The notes beneath the pieces were generated by a model. It had not been told where the DNA came from, did no database searches, and was given only the letters and a program-made list of their open reading frames with translations. Of a DNA stretch of 35,922 nucleotides, positions 20,114-27,381 are shown piece by piece (within the stretch, counting starts at the first letter, position 1; every line of letters begins with the position of its first letter). This DNA comes from a virus (Duplodnaviria > Caudoviricetes): positions 1-35,922 of IMG/VR virus record IMGVR_UViG_3300029179_000014; one strand, given 5' to 3'. Made by a program: the position numbers and the translations under genes.

Positions 20114-20431
20114 TTACGCGCGCAAGAACTCTTTCTTCATTGCGTGCATGGACTCTTTCCGATACAGAGAAAGCGCAGCAATCAAACGCTTACGATCCGA
20201 GATAATTGCTTTTTTGAGGCGATCGCGCTCCTCAATCGAGGCTTTTTTTGGTATCCAGAGGGGGAAAAGATCTTTGGCGATCGCGTTAAAGTCACTCTCG
20301 CCCCACTCACTTGGATCGTAGGCGACCCTATCCAGGAATTCCACCACGTCTTCTTCATCGCAAACTTCTTTAAGCAAACCTAAGATAAAAGAACGTGTCG
20401 CAAGATCCTGAGTTTTATCTGCGTCTAGCAT
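20114..20431 (-). CDS. Hypothetical protein
   Basis: RBS AGGAAGAG upstream; last gene of a three-gene leftward operon. Confidence 0.65.
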   Translation of the reverse strand: MLDADKTQDLATRSFILGLLKEVCDEEDVVEFLDRVAYDPSEWGESDFNAIAKDLFPLWIPKKASIEERDRLKKAIISDRKRLIAALSLYRKESMHAMKKEFLRA

Positions 20432-20441
20432 TTTTCTCTTC

Positions 20442-20849
20442 CTATGCTATTTGTTTTTTCGACGCGATCGCGTCCCTGATCGTTTCCGCTTGATTGGACT
20501 GAGACTCTAGCCAGTCCCAATCAGATTGAGGCATTGACCAGGCTTTCGCCTTCTTGACCATTGCCATATCTTCACCAAGAATGGGGCTAAAACCTTGTGG
20601 GCGACCTGGCTTTGTGGTTCTTAAATCGGGGAAAACATTCCACTTTGTTGGCAAAATATCTTCTATACAGATATCTTCTGCGATCGCAGATTGAGATTCT
20701 TTCTTTGCTACCCGAAACATTTCCATCTCGCTTTGGGAAGCATTGGTGATAGACCCCCTGACCCCATGAGAAGAGACGGAAATCCACCCATACATTTTGC
20801 CCGCCCCAAAATTCATCCTTTCAAATCTTTCGCCTTGGTACGTGAGCAT
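20442..20849 (-). CDS. Hypothetical protein with a C-terminal ribbon-helix-helix-like DNA-binding region
   Basis: KPGRP..G motif followed by AKAWSMPQSDWDWLESQSNQAETIRDAI, a strand-helix-helix pattern. Confidence 0.55.
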   Translation of the reverse strand: MLTYQGERFERMNFGAGKMYGWISVSSHGVRGSITNASQSEMEMFRVAKKESQSAIAEDICIEDILPTKWNVFPDLRTTKPGRPQGFSPILGEDMAMVKKAKAWSMPQSDWDWLESQSNQAETIRDAIASKKQIA

Positions 20850-20860
20850 ATCGCTACTTT

Positions 20861-21217
20861 TTACGACTTTTTACTAGAAAAACGATCCACCACTTCTTCA
20901 AGTGTTGATTCACCTTCCAGCACCTCTATAGCGGCGCTGTACAACTTGTCGTACTGAGTGCAATCTGAAATCGGCAGCATATCGCCGATTCTCGCCGCCA
21001 TCGCCTCGGCTTTGGCAACTTTTTCGTCTTCTTCGCGCTCCCACCTCTTCATTCTTTCTTCCAAAGATTCCATCACCAACACCTTCTTGCTTACAAATTG
21101 AGGACGCGAGCCAACCACTACCACAAACAGCACCTTGCTCCACTCTTCGCAGCGCTTAATTTGGTTAGGGCTGACTTTTAAGAACTTTGCAACTTGGGCA
21201 ACTGCTTGGGCGTTTAT
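20861..21217 (-). CDS. Hypothetical protein; probable start is a non-canonical ATA at 21217
   Basis: The frame is open from 21229. The extension INAQAVAQVAKFLKVSPNQIKRCEEWSKVLFVVVVGSRPQFVSKK reads as one coherent domain, and GAGAAAG precedes the ATA. Confidence 0.55.
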   Translation of the reverse strand: MNAQAVAQVAKFLKVSPNQIKRCEEWSKVLFVVVVGSRPQFVSKKVLVMESLEERMKRWEREEDEKVAKAEAMAARIGDMLPISDCTQYDKLYSAAIEVLEGESTLEEVVDRFSSKKS

Positions 21218-21239
21218 TGGCTTTCTCTTTTATTGGTAC

Positions 21240-21281
21240 ACCATTAATATATCAAGTTCAGAATTAATGGTCAACCATTAA
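21240..21281 (-). promoter_or_regulatory. Sigma70-type promoter with overlapping operator repeats
   Basis: TTGACC (21274-21269), 17-nt spacer, TATATT (21251-21246). Three ACCATTAA half-sites, including the near-palindrome TTAATGGTCAACCATTAA (21264-21281). Confidence 0.7.
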
Positions 21282-21318
21282 AGGAAAGAAAGTGGCACAG
21301 TGCCAGCATACATAAGAT

Positions 21319-21350
21319 GAAGCCCGGTCAAGAGAACTTGACCGGGCTTC
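21319..21350. terminator. Perfect 14-bp hairpin, probable terminator downstream of the lysis genes
   Basis: GAAGCCCGGTCAAG-agaa-CTTGACCGGGCTTC; only weak U-tails on either side. Confidence 0.65.
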
Positions 21351-21444
21351 GTTACGTTTGGTTTATGGAGCGATCGCGTTCTACTGGGATAGTGCGATCT
21401 GTTTGGCTACGCTTGCAGAGGAGTAGCAATTTCAATATATCACA

Positions 21445-22290
21445 TCAGCCGAAGATCTTCGCTCCATCAACCACCGCGTAGATAAAAGTGTAGCGATTGT
21501 TAGCCTTATACCTGCGATCGCGTTTCGCCAGTTTCATCCGCGCTTCGTGGTTAGCGAAGCCTTGAATCACCTGACATCCAGCACTCCACGCGCCAATGGT
21601 TTCGCCTTCACCGGCGTGAAGATTGATGCCAAACATGCCTTTATCAATGCGATCGCCCATCCGCTTGTAATCCTTATTGCGATCGCGACACACCAGCACC
21701 TCTCCCCCCGTCTGGACTAGCGCTTCGTGAGGTCTAGCCTGCCCGTGCGTCCCCACCTGCCACGCCTTATACTGGCAACCTTCACCGCCCGATCCGATAA
21801 AGATTCGGGCTGCACCGCCTGGGTTCATGGGGCGCTCCGTCCATCGGCGTCCTGGCTCGGTGGTCTGCTTCCATTTGCCGACGATCTTGCACGCACCAGA
21901 AAATTCTACCTGAAACGCGACGAACAGATCGTTATAGAAATCGGGGCGATCGCTATTCTTTTTCCAGTTCGGATCGATCCCTTCTAATCCAGCAAAATTA
22001 TAAACATCATTCCCGCGCGCTAGAAACCAACCGCGTTCCTGATAGTAGTTAGCAATTTTAAATGCTTCGTTGTCTCCAGAGTTCTTGATGGGTTCTGGGG
22101 CGTTAATTCCGGAGATGTCGGGTTTGGCAGGGTCGCGATTGAACAATTCTGCCAACTTTTCCCACGCGCTTTGTGACTGCGACCCCCACTTACCAACTGA
22201 AGGACGAATGATTGTCCCTTGATTGGTAACTTCAAATGCGGGGTCAAGCAACCCCCATTCTGTTAGTTTCAATTGAACTTGTTCTGTCAT
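21445..22290 (-). CDS. Putative peptidoglycan-acting enzyme (L,D-transpeptidase / YkuD-like catalytic motif)
   Basis: FGINLHAG..IGAWSAGCQV gives an H...S-x-G-C motif. TTEPG..PMNPGGAARI matches a cyanobacterial cell-wall protein family. Lies next to the lysozyme. Confidence 0.55.
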   Translation of the reverse strand: MTEQVQLKLTEWGLLDPAFEVTNQGTIIRPSVGKWGSQSQSAWEKLAELFNRDPAKPDISGINAPEPIKNSGDNEAFKIANYYQERGWFLARGNDVYNFAGLEGIDPNWKKNSDRPDFYNDLFVAFQVEFSGACKIVGKWKQTTEPGRRWTERPMNPGGAARIFIGSGGEGCQYKAWQVGTHGQARPHEALVQTGGEVLVCRDRNKDYKRMGDRIDKGMFGINLHAGEGETIGAWSAGCQVIQGFANHEARMKLAKRDRRYKANNRYTFIYAVVDGAKIFG

Positions 22291-22296
22291 AGTGCC

Positions 22297-22731
22297 TCAA
22301 TCTTTTTTCAGAAATAGCAGTCGCTCGGCAACTCGCCTGCGGGTTAATCCCGCCAGCATCTTGCCATCAGCTTTGTTCCAGCGCATAAACTCTTCAGCCG
22401 CGCCGAGATAATCTTCTCGGTTTAGCTTTTTCAGCAACGTTGAGCTTTTTAGCGCTCCAGCGCCGCAGTTATAAGTAAAAGAAACCAGCGCAGAGAACTG
22501 ATTGGAAGTAAGCGGAACTTTCACCATTTCGGTTACTTGTGCTTCAAAAACTTTTAAGTCGCGCTTCAGGAAGTTCTCTGCTTCTTCTGGGGTGGTGGTT
22601 TGTCTAGAACGGACTCCCTTTGTTGTTCCCCATCCAATTGTCCAAACGTTTGCTGGACACAGATAAGCGGTGTCTCGATAGCCCTCAAAAGACTTGATTA
22701 AATCAAGTCCAAACTGATTGATTTGTTGCAT
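22297..22731 (-). CDS. Phage lysozyme (endolysin), GH24
   Basis: LIKSFEG...AYLCPANVWTIGWG, NQFSALVSFTYNCG and GLTRRR..E motifs; start MQQINQ at 22731. Confidence 0.95.
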   Translation of the reverse strand: MQQINQFGLDLIKSFEGYRDTAYLCPANVWTIGWGTTKGVRSRQTTTPEEAENFLKRDLKVFEAQVTEMVKVPLTSNQFSALVSFTYNCGAGALKSSTLLKKLNREDYLGAAEEFMRWNKADGKMLAGLTRRRVAERLLFLKKD

Positions 22732-22823
22732 ATTTTGTGATATTTTAACTCTGTGACTGGTTGAACAAGCAAGGTATTCGAGAAGCGGCTGGGGCATTGC
22801 GATCGCCCCAGTTTTTTGTTTTT

Positions 22824-23540
22824 TTATCTAACCAGGCGATCTTGGCTTTGGCGATCGCGATCTTCCACCCCGCTCCCAGGTTGGCTAGGTTGAGGCTGTT
22901 CATACTTAAACGGAATTAGTGGCAGTAGCGCACAAAAGAGCGCGATCGCAGCCCCAATTAGGGCGAGGTTATATTGCAATCGGCTATCTTTGCGCTTGTT
23001 AGTTTCCTCCTGTTGCGAAGCGCGATCGCGATGCAGGTCGCGAACATCATCGATCAATCCACTTGATTTCGCATCGCCATAAATCAGCTTTTCCATTTCC
23101 TGTAGTTTGATAGCTAAAGTTTCAATCTGGGAAGCTTGATGCTCTAGCGTCGCAACTTTTATTTCCAATTGAGTTAGCTGCCGATTGCGCTCGGTACTTT
23201 TAAGCGCTTGGGAATGTAGCATTGTTCCGATCAAAGTCCCGTAGCCAGGATCTCTCGGCACTAATTCTACCCGCGCTGACTGAGCGAGAGTATCCGATTC
23301 ACCAACTAAGGTAACTGGAACTTGAAATCGCTTAAGGTTGGCGATTTCTGCTTGCTGTCGTTCAATCGATAAATTTTTTGCTTGCGCGACAACTATTTGA
23401 TCGAATTGATCGGCTTTTAGGTGCGCGATCGCGTGTTTATAAGCGGAGACGCAGGTAACTTCTGCTTTAATATTTTGCGCTTGAAAGTTATCTCGAATCT
23501 GCTGCGCCTCGCTGCTGTTTCCAACTACCAGGATTTTCAC
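22824..23540 (-). CDS. Pseudo-receiver (REC-like) domain, coiled coil and C-terminal transmembrane helix
   Basis: MKILVVGNS...AIAHLKADQFDQIVVA..L...VPVTLV follows the CheY-like beta/alpha pattern, but the acidic pocket and phospho-Asp are missing. TM segment LALIGAAIALFCALLPLIPF. Confidence 0.6.
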   Translation of the reverse strand: MKILVVGNSSEAQQIRDNFQAQNIKAEVTCVSAYKHAIAHLKADQFDQIVVAQAKNLSIERQQAEIANLKRFQVPVTLVGESDTLAQSARVELVPRDPGYGTLIGTMLHSQALKSTERNRQLTQLEIKVATLEHQASQIETLAIKLQEMEKLIYGDAKSSGLIDDVRDLHRDRASQQEETNKRKDSRLQYNLALIGAAIALFCALLPLIPFKYEQPQPSQPGSGVEDRDRQSQDRLVR

Positions 23541-23542
23541 TG

Positions 23543-23743
23543 TTAGATTTCATCAGATTGTTTTGTAACGGGTAGATGCCGATCCGCTTCTGATGGTGAG
23601 GGCAACCAATAGCCCAGAATCGCAGTGACTCCGCTCCAATAAAGTGCGGTGTTCGTGTTTTCACTAGCCACTTTATACAAGCAAAAGCACATGACGATCA
23701 GCGATAAAATTGCCTGCATGATTGCCTTGTGTTGCGCGCCCAT
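23543..23743 (-). CDS. Small two-TM membrane protein, holin candidate
   Basis: 66 aa with two hydrophobic helices and a polar C-tail; first gene of the lysis cassette. Confidence 0.55.
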   Translation of the reverse strand: MGAQHKAIMQAILSLIVMCFCLYKVASENTNTALYWSGVTAILGYWLPSPSEADRHLPVTKQSDEI

Positions 23744-23776
23744 CTTTGTGTTAAGTATTTAGCAACAATCCAAATC

Positions 23777-23840
23777 TAGAAGATATTAAGAATTGCTACA
23801 TCGGTATATCTTCTAAAGTAATTGAGTAAATACTCAATTA
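23777..23840. promoter_or_regulatory. Two inverted repeats upstream of the lysis cassette, candidate operators
   Basis: TAGAAGATAT-N19-ATATCTTCTA (23777-23815) and TAATTGAGTA-aa-TACTCAATTA (23819-23840). Confidence 0.45.
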
Positions 23841-24044
23841 CTCATCATCGACGAAATAAGCGCTAAGTTGGGTTTTGAGGAGATCTGGCAGGTCTGGGTT
23901 CTCTAAATACTCCTTTAAATATCTATCTAAAGCTTCTACAGCGATCGCGGTTAGCGACGAGTTGGTTTCTGTCGCGATCGCCTTCAGTATTTTCCTCTGC
24001 TTGCGGGTTGTATAAAAATTTAAGCGAACCTTTTTAAGTGACAT
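23838..24044 (-). CDS. Ribbon-helix-helix (CopG/Arc-like) transcription regulator
   Basis: VRLNFYTTRKQRKILKAIATETNSSLTAIAVEALDRYL is a typical RHH pattern. Confidence 0.8.
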   Translation of the reverse strand: MSLKKVRLNFYTTRKQRKILKAIATETNSSLTAIAVEALDRYLKEYLENPDLPDLLKTQLSAYFVDDE

Positions 24045-24049
24045 AATAT

Positions 24050-24805
24050 ATACGGACGCGCTGGTACAATTTTACGCCGCACAGATACTGGAAAGCTCGC
24101 CTAGAGAAGGCATTAGATCTGAATCAGCTAGAACTACACTGCCAGCCGATTGTGGACGCTGGTGGGCAATTGTACGCAGAAGAACTTCTGCTCAGGTTGA
24201 ACGATGGCGATCGCGTTGTCGCCGCAGGCGAGTTTATCGAGACGATCGCCATTTACCCCAATCTTGTATCGAGAATCGATTGGTGGGTGATTGAAAATGT
24301 TTTTAAAAGGTATTCTAACGCGCAACACAAAAAACATATAAACGTAAGTGGCAGAACCCTTTCCAAGAAAGGGCTAAGCTCAAGAATAAAACACTTAGCG
24401 GGCATCTACGGATGCGATATTAAAACAATAACGGTGGAAATCACCGAGCAACTAAGGATTGAAAATTACCAAGAAATTTTGATGATTAGAGCGATGGGGG
24501 TTAATTTTTCAATCGACGATTTTTTAACGGGACACAACTCGTTAAGATTATTACAAAACCTGCATCCCCACACGATCAAAATTCCCGGCGCGCTTACAAG
24601 TCAGCTTTCTTCTCAAATAGGCATGGTATTGACAGACGCGATAATCCAGGTTGCGGCAAGCTTGTCGATCTCTGCAATCGCGGAATCAGTCGAGCGCGAA
24701 CACACTTGGACAATATTAAAATTGCTTGCAGCCAAACACGACTGCAAGCTTTATGGGCAGGGATATCTGTTCGGTCATCCAAAACCGTGTGAGGCTTTCA
24801 CCTAA
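24050..24805 (+). CDS. Stand-alone EAL-domain cyclic-di-GMP phosphodiesterase-like protein; start uncertain
   Basis: LHCQPIV...EELLLR, HINVS, VEITE, IDDFLTGHNSL, IKI, AESVE and GQGYLF motifs. Homology extends upstream of the GTG at 24152 with no ATG/GTG/TTG, so ATA 24050 or ACG 24074 are candidate starts. Confidence 0.85.
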   Translation: MRTRWYNFTPHRYWKARLEKALDLNQLELHCQPIVDAGGQLYAEELLLRLNDGDRVVAAGEFIETIAIYPNLVSRIDWWVIENVFKRYSNAQHKKHINVSGRTLSKKGLSSRIKHLAGIYGCDIKTITVEITEQLRIENYQEILMIRAMGVNFSIDDFLTGHNSLRLLQNLHPHTIKIPGALTSQLSSQIGMVLTDAIIQVAASLSISAIAESVEREHTWTILKLLAAKHDCKLYGQGYLFGHPKPCEAFT

Positions 24806-25032
24806 GCCTTAGTACGGGCTTTGGCGGCTTTAACCCTTTTCTTTTGAACGGGGCTAAGGTGGCGATGGCGCTTGCAAAAGACACCCTTAGCTTGAGGCGC
24901 TAGAGGTTTTCCGCAAGCGACGCATCGCCTTTGGCTTTGGCTAAATGCATTGGTCAACGCGATCGCCTCCTCAACTTTGCCAGAAATCCAAGCTTCGACA
25001 ATCGCCTGGATCTCTGGCGCTACTTTTCCCAT
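24802..25032 (-). CDS. Small basic zinc-finger protein
   Basis: CVACGKPL...FCKRH motif; ATG at 25032 overlaps the end of the upstream gene. Confidence 0.55.
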   Translation of the reverse strand: MGKVAPEIQAIVEAWISGKVEEAIALTNAFSQSQRRCVACGKPLAPQAKGVFCKRHRHLSPVQKKRVKAAKARTKA

Positions 25033-25310
25033 TCCAGCAAACCAACTGCCTTCATGCGATCGCGAAGGCTGGGGATAACATCTTGACCTTCCCAAAAGTC
25101 CGCAACCTGGGAATGCAAGGTATCAAGCTCGCTTGGAGGAAGGCTTGATACTTTACCGATCAGGATGTTCGGCTCGATTTTAGAACCGATTTCCCCAGCA
25201 TATGGGACGTGACCCCAGAGATTTGCAGCAAACGTGCCGGGACTGCAAATCACCCCATTAAGGGCTGAGACCATGAACACCAGCTCATCCCAACTGAATA
25301 TCTTTTTCAT
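25020..25310 (-). CDS. Hypothetical protein
   Basis: GGAG RBS upstream; 96 aa; first gene downstream of the ribozyme. Confidence 0.65.
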   Translation of the reverse strand: MKKIFSWDELVFMVSALNGVICSPGTFAANLWGHVPYAGEIGSKIEPNILIGKVSSLPPSELDTLHSQVADFWEGQDVIPSLRDRMKAVGLLEWEK

Positions 25311-25400
25311 CTTTTTATCTCCAAAAACGACGAATTAACCAAGCGGCAAGAATGCCGCAACTTGCACCCAATAACGATTCGAGAAAAATTTCCATTGCCT

Positions 25401-25455
25401 GCCTCTTCAGTGCTGGGGAAACAACCACCCAGCAGACCCCCGAAGGGGTTTCGGC
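25401..25455 (-). ncRNA. Type II hammerhead self-cleaving ribozyme
   Basis: Minus strand reads GCC-GAAA-CCCC-UUCG-GGGG-UC^-UGCUGGG-ugguuguuuc-CCCAGCA-CUGAAGA-GGC. All core nucleotides (CUGANGA, GAAA, GUC) and stems I-III are present. Predicted cleavage is between 25435 and 25434. Confidence 0.9.
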
Positions 25456-25458
25456 TTT

Positions 25459-27216
25459 TTAAGAAATGAGTCGAGCTTGGCGCAACGCCTCGCACACCGA
25501 ATTCTTAATAGCGGAATCAGGACTGCTATTACCAGCCCGATAGAACTGGTTGATGCTAGTCCCGCAAACCTCAACGCAATGCGTGAGGATGCCTCGTTCG
25601 CGGACGACGAAGATGACCGATCGCCCGCTCTTAATCGCAGGGCCATAGCCGCCGACGCAATTACGCAGCGCTTCCCCATAATATTTTAGGGTCGCGACGC
25701 GCTGGGGAAATTCCAGCATCCAAGAGCCATCGACCGCGCACAACCCATCAACCCGTTCCCACCCTTGAGGTATTGGCAGCGCCTCATCTGGGAGGGATTT
25801 CACAAATGCAGCAGATAGCTGTTCGTGAGCGCTGAACCAAGACCGGACACGGCCTAGTTCGGGCTTCTGGGGTATGTTTTTCCAGAGGTATCCAGTATCC
25901 CGGACGCAGTCGTCCGAAACTGGATAAACATCTCCTTGATACTTGAAGGTCGTTGCAGCCAGGAGCCGAACCCTGGACTGCATAGGTAGGGATTTTAAAA
26001 ACTCGATGGCATCTGGCTGATAGGCGATAATCTCTTTCGTCGCCAAAACTTTCTGAATCGCGTCTGCGTTTTCATCGCAAACGGCGGACGCCCATCTCCA
26101 AGCATCTTTGCTGGCAGATTTAAAAAGCTCGACGGTGCGCTTGCCAGCATTGCCGAATAAATTTCGGCAAACATCTTCAGGCGAGCCATGAGCAGCGATC
26201 GCCTCTAAGCACGAATCTTGAGAGGCACGTTTACGCCGTCCCCACGCCTCAAACAAGAAGCCGTGAGGCAAACCCAGCACGATCTCGGCCAAGTTGCGGA
26301 GGAGATTAAAGTCCTCTCGCAAAAACCCCTTTCTGCCGTCCCTCTCGGCGATCAACGCCGACAGCCCGGTTGATTGCAAGCGACGCAGCTCCCGCCAGAA
26401 TGCATTTACTAATTCGCCTCGTTTTATTCCGTAGTTTTGCCATTTAAAGTGGCGGACTTGCTCGATCGTCCGTCCGCCTGTAACTTGCTTGCAGGCATTC
26501 CCCCATGCCCAAAAAGCTAAATACCTGGTTTTCACCGACATCTTGCCGACTTTTTCCGCAAGATTTTTTGGCAGGCTTGGTGCGTGCTTCCATGCTTTCG
26601 CGCATGGAATCAACCGCCAGATATTGCCAATGCGATCGCCTGTCTCGATCCAGGGCGTCGTGAGCAAGATTTTCTTCACCCACAAGGGTAGGCGATTGTA
26701 GTTTGGGGTTAAGGCGATCGCCTTAACCTTGTGGTGGTTGGGCTGATAGGAAGATGCCCAAACCCTGCCTTTCACCAAAACTTCCCGATACAGCTTATAA
26801 AATTCCCTAGCCTCGCGCTGGCCTTCAATACCTAAAATCCGCAGATCCATAGCAGATGCACCAATTTCTGCCAACTCTTCTTTACTCAGTTCGCGCTTAA
26901 TTCTTCGATGCGCGAACCAATCCATCGTTAATTGGTATAGGTCGGGATCTGCGCCGGAATTGATCCGGGCGGCGATGTACCTCGCCCCAGCAGACTTGCC
27001 TTCAGCCCTCAACTGTTTCATCAGAGGCTCATACTCCTCTGGTCCTCTATTTTCCTGAATTTCCTCAGCTTCTTCTTGAGACAATTCCCAAGGCTTGCAA
27101 TCGCCACGCGAACATCCTTCTAAAAAATCGCGGATTTGGGATAATGCTTCTTGCTCTATCGCGCGATCGCGGAGTTTGGATGCTGACTTAAATTGTGATT
27201 TGGCTGAACGAGACAT
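25459..27216 (-). CDS. PcfJ-domain-containing protein
   Basis: C-terminal L..YGEALRNCVGGY...IKSGRSVIFVVR....CVEV....INQFY...N matches the PcfJ-like motif. Confidence 0.75.
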   Translation of the reverse strand: MSRSAKSQFKSASKLRDRAIEQEALSQIRDFLEGCSRGDCKPWELSQEEAEEIQENRGPEEYEPLMKQLRAEGKSAGARYIAARINSGADPDLYQLTMDWFAHRRIKRELSKEELAEIGASAMDLRILGIEGQREAREFYKLYREVLVKGRVWASSYQPNHHKVKAIALTPNYNRLPLWVKKILLTTPWIETGDRIGNIWRLIPCAKAWKHAPSLPKNLAEKVGKMSVKTRYLAFWAWGNACKQVTGGRTIEQVRHFKWQNYGIKRGELVNAFWRELRRLQSTGLSALIAERDGRKGFLREDFNLLRNLAEIVLGLPHGFLFEAWGRRKRASQDSCLEAIAAHGSPEDVCRNLFGNAGKRTVELFKSASKDAWRWASAVCDENADAIQKVLATKEIIAYQPDAIEFLKSLPMQSRVRLLAATTFKYQGDVYPVSDDCVRDTGYLWKNIPQKPELGRVRSWFSAHEQLSAAFVKSLPDEALPIPQGWERVDGLCAVDGSWMLEFPQRVATLKYYGEALRNCVGGYGPAIKSGRSVIFVVRERGILTHCVEVCGTSINQFYRAGNSSPDSAIKNSVCEALRQARLIS

Positions 27217-27243
27217 GATAAAATTTCCTTACTCTAAATGGGC

Positions 27244-27322
27244 AGTGAGACAGGAATGTGGCTAAACTGATCTGTCTCACTATATAAATCAAAACACAAA
27301 GGAAAGCACTTGTCAAGCACTT
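27244..27322 (-). promoter_or_regulatory. Leader hairpin and putative promoter/operator upstream of the PcfJ-like gene
   Basis: 10-bp inverted repeat AGTGAGACAG/CTGTCTCACT (27244-27281). Tandem AAGCACTT repeats overlap a minus-strand TTGACA, but the -10 spacing is not canonical. Confidence 0.4.
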
Positions 27323-27344
27323 CCCTGAAGTTTTTGGGGATGAA

Positions 27345-27375
27345 GCGTTCGCGCAGCGTGCCGGAGGCATATCGC
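27345..27375. repeat. Short dispersed repeat inserted into a HIP1 site
   Basis: GCG + TTCGCGCAGCGTGCCGGAGGCAT + ATCGC; removing the 23 nt restores GCGATCGC. Confidence 0.65.
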
Positions 27376-27381
27376 CCCTAA

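Larger units (their letters stand above)
18301..20116 (+). repeat. Copy 2 of the direct repeat, split by the IS (18301-18319 plus 20049-20116); remnant of a homologous tail-gene 3' end
   Basis: Removing 18320-20048 restores PNRGQLVKLGIAKSSTELILDISDPVG in frame, versus PNSGQLIKLGIAKSSTELILDISDPVG in copy 1. Confidence 0.85.

Noticed and set aside
15976-20116. Repeat pair near tail genes as a diversity-generating retroelement VR/TR
   Set aside because: No reverse transcriptase is present in the window, and the differences are mostly synonymous rather than adenine-specific.
25307-25495. 62-aa ORF spanning the ribozyme
   Set aside because: It overlaps the PcfJ-like gene end, and the region is better explained by the hammerhead structure.
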